Assembly (NCBI GenBank): GCA_022778545.1
Contig: JALFDW010000035.1
Location: forward strand, 3,816 to 67,815
DNA length: 64,000 nt
Direction: 5' to 3'
Origin: a bacterium
GTDB lineage: Bacteria > Bacillota > Clostridia > Christensenellales > CAG-138
Shown: positions 58,496 to 64,000 of the stretch, one piece after another
Layout of the letters: each line of letters opens with the position of its first letter
How positions within the stretch are numbered: the stretch's first letter is position 1
Program-made: the position numbers and the translations under genes
Notes under the pieces: generated by a model
The model's input: the letters and a program-made list of their open reading frames with translations, nothing else
Databases searched by the model: none
Told to the model about the DNA's origin: nothing

Positions 58496-58981
58496 TTATT
58501 CCACATAATCCGGAGAAATGACCTGGATGGGAAAGGAGCATTGCATTCCGTTTGGGCCTGATAGCACGACATTATAAATTCCCGCTTTCGTAAAATCAAG
58601 TTCAGGCAAAAAGAATGCATATTCAAATTCATCTTTCGGTGCATATCTCTCCATATCGCACACTGACTCGCACGAATCGTCCTCATCGTTCCACTCACAT
58701 GAGAATCCATGCAGATCCTTTGGGTCAACACTAAAACATATCTTTCCACCCGACAAATCGAGCTCGGTATCCTTTCCAATAACATAAACCAATTGATTGG
58801 GATACGCATGCACATGCATATGCTGATAATGTTGAGCGTCTATCCCTTTCGTAGAAAGCATATCCTGTGAGAAGTTCCAACAGCCTCGCACTCCAAAGAG
58901 AACCGCTATTAAAAGTAAAATAGAATTCTCGACTATGAGCAATACAAATAACCAGTTTTTAGGTTTTCTCACTTTTTCCAT
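58496..58981 (-). CDS. Membrane-anchored protein with Ig-like (Big_3-like) ectodomain, AT-rich
   Basis: RBS AAGGAGGAAAGAG; TM WLFVLLIVENSILLLIAVLFGV; YPNQLVYVIGKDTELDLSGGKI pattern. Confidence 0.6.
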   Translation of the reverse strand: MEKVRKPKNWLFVLLIVENSILLLIAVLFGVRGCWNFSQDMLSTKGIDAQHYQHMHVHAYPNQLVYVIGKDTELDLSGGKICFSVDPKDLHGFSCEWNDEDDSCESVCDMERYAPKDEFEYAFFLPELDFTKAGIYNVVLSGPNGMQCSFPIQVISPDYVE

Positions 58982-58999
58982 CTCTTTCCTCCTTTGCTC

Positions 59000-59293
59000 T
59001 CAAGATAGATCGCCTGTACCATAGGCGCGTGCATTCACCGTTTCGAAATTTCTTCCATTTGCAGCAGCATCATGCTGTTGAATCTTAGGCCAATAAACCT
59101 TCAGCCACTGTGGATAATCATTCCAGTCCACGCCCTGAGAAATCAAATAATTTGAATACAACACAGCAACGTCCCGAATAAGCCCCGACAGAATAAGCGG
59201 ATCAGCTTTATCCCTGTTTAAAGCATACATGCTGCCATCCTGCGTCGTCAACCAGATTTTTCCAAACGCACCACCGCACAACGCCTGCCCCAC
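59000..59293 (-). CDS. Small hypothetical protein, or orphan 3' gene fragment
   Basis: The track start is a GTG 4 nt after the terminator T-run. The only ATG is at 59230 (MYALNRDK..., 76 aa). The reading frame stays open upstream through the hairpin. No recognisable family. Confidence 0.35.
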   Translation of the reverse strand: MGQALCGGAFGKIWLTTQDGSMYALNRDKADPLILSGLIRDVAVLYSNYLISQGVDWNDYPQWLKVYWPKIQQHDAAANGRNFETVNARAYGTGDLS

Positions 59294-59297
59294 GCCG

Positions 59298-59335
59298 TCA
59301 AAACAGCCGCGCGGCAGGAAACCCGCCGCGCGATT
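59298..59335 (-). terminator. Hairpin terminator, copy 2 of the duplicated element
   Basis: TCAAAACAGCCGCGCGGCAGGAAACCCGCCGCGCGATT. Relative to copy 1 it has one substitution (G to A, weakening the stem) and one fewer A. Confidence 0.7.
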
Positions 59336-59337
59336 TG

Positions 59338-59694
59338 TTATTGTTTCGTTTTCTCTCCCTGCTCCCCGGCAGGCGTTTCGCCTTCTTTCGGCGCTTCCGG
59401 CTCCGCATTTTCCTCCTGCGGTTCGATCGGCGTTCCATCCGGGTTGCGGATGCGGTTTCCACGGTCATCATATAGGCAGGGCTTTGCCTTGTCTCCCATG
59501 ATGCGTTTGTATAGCCTTGTTTCCCGGTAGTAGCCGTAGGACAAGTAAACAATAAGCAGGATAAAACTCACAAAGCCTGCTAAATACAATCCACCCCATT
59601 CTCCGAATGCATCCTCTGCCATGTCCCAGAAAAAGGAGAGAGCACCGGGAAAATACAAGCTAACATGCATAACTTCCGATTCCTCCTGCATCAT
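59338..59694 (-). CDS. Single-TM small protein translationally coupled to the 579-aa ORF
   Basis: ATGA overlap at 59691-59694. Alternative ATG 59670 follows AGGAGG. TM GGLYLAGFVSFILLIVYLSYGYY; acidic Pro/Glu-rich C-terminal tail. Confidence 0.6.
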   Translation of the reverse strand: MMQEESEVMHVSLYFPGALSFFWDMAEDAFGEWGGLYLAGFVSFILLIVYLSYGYYRETRLYKRIMGDKAKPCLYDDRGNRIRNPDGTPIEPQEENAEPEAPKEGETPAGEQGEKTKQ

Positions 59695-61430
59695 TGTTCA
59701 TCCGACATCAGATACTTCTTGCCAGCAGCAACAATAAGTTCAGGCATCCATTCATTAATCAAAACTTTTACCAGTTCCCTGATAGGCTGCTCTGCACTCA
59801 TAATTTTAGGAATCATCTCTGGCAGCGAAAGCACACTTTTTAACAGTCCCGTCACATTCCCTGTTCCTTTAAACCATTTCGGATTTGCTTTCTTGACTGC
59901 TTCAGTTGAACTGAAATATGCATACTGCCTGTGATAATCGTCATAGCCCGACGCAAACACTGAGAAGTCCAAATCCTGCGTGTCCATCAGCAATTCATTC
60001 ATAACCGCCGGGCCTGTCGTTGCTTCGGGTATTTTACACATAAGTGCACCGCGTACTTGCGCCGCCCATGTTCTTACCTGAAAGTCATCACTTTCGCTGA
60101 CAATTCTGCTCAGAACGTGCACGCTTTCCTTAATTTGCTTCACTTCCGTCTGATTCGTAATCGCACGTAAGCTCAGTAAATCTGCACATGGTATGGCAAA
60201 TGGATTTGTCAACGTTTCCTCCGTCAATAGAATCGGAATCGCTGCATATTCTTTCCATGCTGATTGTACCATTTCATCCGAATATCGTCCAGTATTTGCA
60301 ATTGATAAATATCTTTCCAATTTTTCATTCGCAATTGGTAACAATGGATCATATGAAGGGCCGTCACATTGTTTCACAGTACTTTCCCACTCTTTTTCTT
60401 GCTTCTCCAATATATCAACAGCATATTGAATATGTTCCTTTGTTGTGTGTTCGACAGATGGCGGCAGTGCATTTCGGGAAATTTCCATTGCACCAGCACG
60501 GTTTTTTCTTGGGTCATTTGTTTTACTCCCGTCTTTTTTTAGTATCTCCGCTCTCTGTTGCAATGTAATTTCAGCAGCCATTTTTTCCGCCGCTTTCATA
60601 CAATCAAAGCTTCCCCATGCTTTTACGGTATCGCGTGCAATTAGCCTGTCTCGATGTCCTTCCAACGCTGGAAGGACATGATGCATCCATTTTTGTCTCT
60701 GTATTGCCTCTTCACGCGTCGCTATATTATCCCGTCTTGAAAGGATTCTTCCGTCCTCAGCCGTATATGCCTTTACAAGTTCAATTGCCGTCTGTGTTTC
60801 CTCCAGCGTAAACCTGCGGAATGGTGCAAGCCGGCCACCTGCTTCCCGCAGTTCCATATCTCTCTCTTTTTCAAGCCGGTCGATTTTTGCATGCAGTTCT
60901 TCAATGCGTCGCCGGGTATATTGAATATACTGTGCATCATATTTTCCATCCGCTGCTAAGTCCGGCATTACCTTTACTCTCTTGAAAAACTTGGTTTCCG
61001 GATCATACACATTCGTATATATTGGACCAAGTTCCTGATACGCTTTATAGCTGATCCCATTCTCAATTACATCGTTAACAATTTCGTTGATCTCTTGCTG
61101 GTTCTTTAGTATTTCATTTTCATAAAACTCTCCTATTCTCTTTTTCTCCGCAGTCTGTGCGTCCATTAGGTCAGTTATATATTCTACAGTAATTCTCGGT
61201 GTGCCAGCCATTTTCCCCGCATTTTTTGGTATTATATCTGTCTCTGCGCGCATGCCGATCATCCCCTGCTGCATGTCTCTCCCGGCGCGTACCTCCTGCC
61301 GTGCCTGCTGCAAAAGCTGCGCGCGCCTTTCCGGAAGCGCCCATGGTGCAAGGTTCGTCCCCACGTCCGTTTCCCGCTGCATGCCGTAAGCCTCCGCTTT
61401 TCTTCCTTTCGCTGCGTTGATCGCCTCCAT
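59691..61430 (-). CDS. Chimeric 579-aa protein of unknown function (high-GC N-terminus, low-GC body)
   Basis: RBS AGGAGGA 7 nt upstream of ATG 61430. Long uninterrupted ORF, helix-rich, no TM; I recognise no motif. Confidence 0.7.
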   Translation of the reverse strand: MEAINAAKGRKAEAYGMQRETDVGTNLAPWALPERRAQLLQQARQEVRAGRDMQQGMIGMRAETDIIPKNAGKMAGTPRITVEYITDLMDAQTAEKKRIGEFYENEILKNQQEINEIVNDVIENGISYKAYQELGPIYTNVYDPETKFFKRVKVMPDLAADGKYDAQYIQYTRRRIEELHAKIDRLEKERDMELREAGGRLAPFRRFTLEETQTAIELVKAYTAEDGRILSRRDNIATREEAIQRQKWMHHVLPALEGHRDRLIARDTVKAWGSFDCMKAAEKMAAEITLQQRAEILKKDGSKTNDPRKNRAGAMEISRNALPPSVEHTTKEHIQYAVDILEKQEKEWESTVKQCDGPSYDPLLPIANEKLERYLSIANTGRYSDEMVQSAWKEYAAIPILLTEETLTNPFAIPCADLLSLRAITNQTEVKQIKESVHVLSRIVSESDDFQVRTWAAQVRGALMCKIPEATTGPAVMNELLMDTQDLDFSVFASGYDDYHRQYAYFSSTEAVKKANPKWFKGTGNVTGLLKSVLSLPEMIPKIMSAEQPIRELVKVLINEWMPELIVAAGKKYLMSDEQ

Positions 61431-61466
61431 AAGCCTGTCCTCCTGTTCCTCGTTGCGCTGCGAGGC

Positions 61467-61919
61467 CTATATCCGCCTGATCTCCGCCACAGCGTCCGCT
61501 TCCTCCTGCGCAAGCCGCGCGCGGAATGCCCGCTCCGTTTCCGGCCCCCACACGCCATCTTCCCTGATCCCAAGCGCTCCCTGCATCGACCGCACGCTCG
61601 TGTTCGTTTGGATGAAGGCCGGCGCATTGATCCCTGGCGTCATAATTTCGTTTATGTGATGCGTTTCCATATTCTGCCAGCGCTTTACCGCCGCAAGGTG
61701 CTCCTGTGCCTTTTCTGCCCCAGGCACCGCGGCGTTCATCCACGCGTCGCTCTCAATGCGCATGCCTTTCTGCTGCTCCTGTTCCCATCTCGCGTTGCGC
61801 TTGCGGGCCTCCGTTTCCGCGTTCGCATATGCGGGGGGCTGTACGCCCCCGCTCCATCCCTGCGGCTGCTTCCGCAGCGTCCCCACGTCCGTCATCTGCC
61901 TGTAATCCGTCATTGCCAT
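61467..61919 (-). CDS. Phage-region protein with C-terminal peptidoglycan-binding-like motif
   Basis: RBS AAGGAGGA. VRSMQGALGIREDGVWGPETERAF resembles the PG_binding_1 repeat. Confidence 0.55.
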   Translation of the reverse strand: MAMTDYRQMTDVGTLRKQPQGWSGGVQPPAYANAETEARKRNARWEQEQQKGMRIESDAWMNAAVPGAEKAQEHLAAVKRWQNMETHHINEIMTPGINAPAFIQTNTSVRSMQGALGIREDGVWGPETERAFRARLAQEEADAVAEIRRI

Positions 61920-61969
61920 GTTGTTTTCCTCCTTAAATCAAATTGAATTTCCTCTGCTTCTTCCGGCTT

Positions 61970-62176
61970 TCAGACAAGGAACTCCTTCGGCACGCCCTCG
62001 AGCACCACGCGAACCGCTCCTCCGTCAAGAGCCTCCGCTTTTCGGCCGTATTCCACAAGCGCCTTTGCGGCGGAGATCCTGTCCGCCGCTTTCTGCCCTT
62101 CATCCCGGCAGATGGCAAGCAGGCATTCAAATCCGGCCTCAGCACCCTGCTTTGCTATGCGTTCCAGCTTTTTCAT
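61970..62176 (-). CDS. Small phage protein (68 aa), coupled to portal
   Basis: ATGA overlap with the portal stop; RBS GGAGGTGA; helical, DRISAAKALVEYG motif. Confidence 0.5.
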   Translation of the reverse strand: MKKLERIAKQGAEAGFECLLAICRDEGQKAADRISAAKALVEYGRKAEALDGGAVRVVLEGVPKEFLV

Positions 62177-63798
62177 ACGTTCACCTCCGCGCCCTGCCCG
62201 TAAGCCGCGGGGCTCGAGAGCGCTATGCCGTCCTGCTCCGCCGCCGGCTGCTGTGCCCGCGCACGCATCATGGCCTGCGCCTCACGTTTTCCATCGAACA
62301 GCATCAGTTCAAGGCCGATGTCCGGCGTGACCATGCCCATCTGCACCAGCTTGAGCACAAGCTCGTTGTGTGCCGCCACCGTGAAGCGGTTCTCCCGCTG
62401 TGCGCGCACGCTCACCGTGAACTCCAGCGGCAGGCGGTTGTTCCGTGCCGTCAGCTCAAACATATCCTCCCCCGTGAAGGCGGCATGCTCCGCTTTCCCG
62501 CCCGCAGCGTTCTGCAGGGCCACCTTGCGCGGGAAGATGCAGAACTCGCGCTCCACCTCGATCTCCTGCCGCACGGCTTCCTCAAACGCACCGTGCACCG
62601 TGCGCGCCACCATGCGGCTTCGCTTGCTGCCCGCCTCCTGCAGCGCGGCAATCGCGGAAGCCGCCGTAACGCCGCCATAAGTCTGCCCGCGCACAAAATC
62701 GTTGCTGCCGGATTCCTCCCGGATGCTCTGGCGAATGCCTTGGCTGTAATTGAGGATATAGCCCGGCAGCGGCGCAGTCGGGAACCAGGTCACGCCGTTC
62801 AGGTTTTCCCCGCGGTGCACCTCCTTGGACCAATCCCTGAGGTCGTCCGGATCAAAGCCGGAAGCGCCCGTCACAAGGAGCTTGTTGTGCGAAGCCATCA
62901 GCGCGTTTTTCAGGATGATCTGATCGAGCTTGTCCGCATAGCGCTGCTGCGTCTCAAACATATCCACAAACCCGTAGCCGAGTGCAGTGCCCTTGCGCGC
63001 AAATAGCGGCGTCACAACGAACGGATACTGCCCGTGCACAAAATAGCCCTCCGGCTTTTCCACCCGGCTGTCCTCAAGCAGCTGCCGCCCCGCGAGCTTG
63101 CACATGTGCACGCGGAAGCGCCCGGCTTCGGGATCGTATTCCCGCTGCCAGCATTCGATGAGAAGGAGCGTATCCCCATTGCCCCGGGAAAGATAATTGT
63201 CCTCCATGCGCAGCACACGGTTCATGTCCTCGCGCATATCGGCAGCCTGCTTCGGATAGCGCGCCTCAAACCATGCCCGCGGATACGGCGCAAACTTGAA
63301 TATGGCGCGGGAATCCTGAATGTCCGTGCAGAGCGGGTCGAACATGATGTTGTGCGCGTCCACCGCCCGCAGGAACGCCGCGCCGAAGCCGCCCATCGCC
63401 TCCGCATCAAAGCCCGTTTCCTGCACCATGTAGCCGCCCACGAGCAGGTCGTGCAGCAGCCGGGCATATTCCCTGTCGAACCGGCCCAGCCGATGGTTTT
63501 CGCGCAGCACCGCCGTCAGCATTTCCGCCACGCGCTCATGCCCCGGCGCATCCGCAAGGACGATCGCTTCCGGCATCTGATCCATCAGGTCAGCGCGGAC
63601 GTTTTCAATGGTGGACTGGATCACAGGCGTCATGGGGCGCGGTTCGTTTTCATCCTGCACCGGCACATCCTGCCAGTGCTCCCCGCGGTAAACGCGCTCG
63701 CAGCGGTCAAGCCGCTCCCATTCTGCGGCATATGCGCTGCGGTACTCGTTGAAAAGGGTATAAAGCTGTTCCACATTCTCGTTCTGTTTTGCGTTCAT
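62173..63798 (-). CDS. Phage portal protein
   Basis: Trimmed to ATG 63798 (the track start is a TTG inside the RBS GGAGGAAAA). About 540 aa, directly downstream of the terminase. N-terminal ...YRGEHWQD... and overall acidic profile are typical of SPP1-type portals; called from context and by eye. Confidence 0.7.
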   Translation of the reverse strand: MNAKQNENVEQLYTLFNEYRSAYAAEWERLDRCERVYRGEHWQDVPVQDENEPRPMTPVIQSTIENVRADLMDQMPEAIVLADAPGHERVAEMLTAVLRENHRLGRFDREYARLLHDLLVGGYMVQETGFDAEAMGGFGAAFLRAVDAHNIMFDPLCTDIQDSRAIFKFAPYPRAWFEARYPKQAADMREDMNRVLRMEDNYLSRGNGDTLLLIECWQREYDPEAGRFRVHMCKLAGRQLLEDSRVEKPEGYFVHGQYPFVVTPLFARKGTALGYGFVDMFETQQRYADKLDQIILKNALMASHNKLLVTGASGFDPDDLRDWSKEVHRGENLNGVTWFPTAPLPGYILNYSQGIRQSIREESGSNDFVRGQTYGGVTAASAIAALQEAGSKRSRMVARTVHGAFEEAVRQEIEVEREFCIFPRKVALQNAAGGKAEHAAFTGEDMFELTARNNRLPLEFTVSVRAQRENRFTVAAHNELVLKLVQMGMVTPDIGLELMLFDGKREAQAMMRARAQQPAAEQDGIALSSPAAYGQGAEVNV

Positions 63799-63837
63799 TT
63801 CATTTTCCTCCAATTGAATTATGATCTTTCGTTTGTT

Positions 63838-64000
63838 TCACTTTTCCAGGAAGCCGACACGCGGCTTCGGTGTGGAAAGCGGGTCGTAACGCCGGCGCGC
63901 GGGCGCAGCCGCCTCCCTGCTGCCGCATGGCCGGGACATGAGGCCATAGCGCAGCGCCTCCGGCGCGTGATCCTCCCCATCCGCCGCATCCTCGCGGTCA
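63838..64000 (-). CDS. Terminase large subunit, C-terminal end (partial)
   Basis: My translation of the minus strand gives ...DREDAADGEDHAPEALRYGLMSRP...GFLEK*. The D-H-A-x-(D/E)-A-L-R-Y motif is the conserved C-terminal nuclease-domain signature of TerL. Confidence 0.6.
   Translation of the reverse strand, partial: DREDAADGEDHAPEALRYGLMSRPCGSREAAAPARRRYDPLSTPKPRVGFLEK

Larger units (their letters stand above)
58485..64000 (-). mobile_element. Phage-derived region (prophage remnant or end of a prophage; right boundary outside window)
   Basis: TerL C-terminus + portal + coupled small ORFs, then AT-rich cargo. Uniform minus-strand orientation. An abrupt switch to housekeeping genes occurs left of about 58.45 kb. 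Confidence 0.6.

Noticed and set aside
58363-59552. ORFs 58363..58815 - and 59298..59552 -, which share the peptide GGFPAARLF
   Set aside because: The shared peptide is simply the translation of the duplicated GC hairpin terminator. Both ORFs overlap better-supported genes in other frames.
1-64000. tRNA, rRNA, tmRNA, RNase P, riboswitches, reverse transcriptases, integrases and transposases
   Set aside because: Scanning by eye found no T-arm/GTTCGAATC-type signatures, no rRNA-like stretches, no known riboswitch cores in the longer leaders (bioY, nadE, arcC, aminotransferase), and no RT, integrase or transposase motifs among ORFs. A covariance-model scan (Infernal/tRNAscan) would be needed to be certain.

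Overview
High-GC (about 65% G+C in lines I counted) chromosomal segment of a spore-forming Clostridia-type Firmicute, carrying spo0A, spoIIE, a V-type ATPase and densely packed, often overlapping operons. About 55 kb is housekeeping. From the left: a V/A-type ATPase operon (subunits G/H-I-K-E-C-F-A-B, minus strand). Next comes the conserved upp-rpiB-tsaC-prfA-prmC block. After that: an M23 peptidase, a TetR-controlled small membrane-protein operon, an M28 peptidase, an aminotransferase + DSD1 PLP enzyme, a MATE exporter, a short family-A DNA polymerase, oxidative-stress genes, bioY, carbamate kinase, DUF1015 and an acyltransferase. Further right: a DUF3794-LysM sporulation protein, spo0A, a MarR + two ABC exporter halves, a GPH symporter, rlmA, a LOG/USP pair, spoIIE, nadE, tyrS, yigZ, a surface protein and a class A beta-lactamase-like gene. 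I recognised no rRNA, tRNA or CRISPR array. Two AT-rich accessory islands stand out. (1) 17.7-18.7 kb holds a MazG-like gene plus a DUF559 endonuclease gene bracketed by ~60-nt structured terminal inverted repeats. (2) 58.4-64.0 kb is a phage-derived region on the minus strand with terminase C-terminus and portal. Instead of capsid and tail genes, the portal is followed by small ORFs and a chimeric 579-aa ORF whose composition switches from high to low GC after ~75 codons. That ORF is translationally coupled to a membrane ORF and is followed by a second low-GC two-gene module bounded by a duplicated hairpin terminator. This island is my best candidate for an undescribed system (polymorphic-toxin-like or prophage cargo/defence cassette). 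Other notable signals are two perfect DnaA boxes plus one near-perfect box beside spo0A, and several short tandem repeats. All family assignments come from motifs read by eye; no searches were run.
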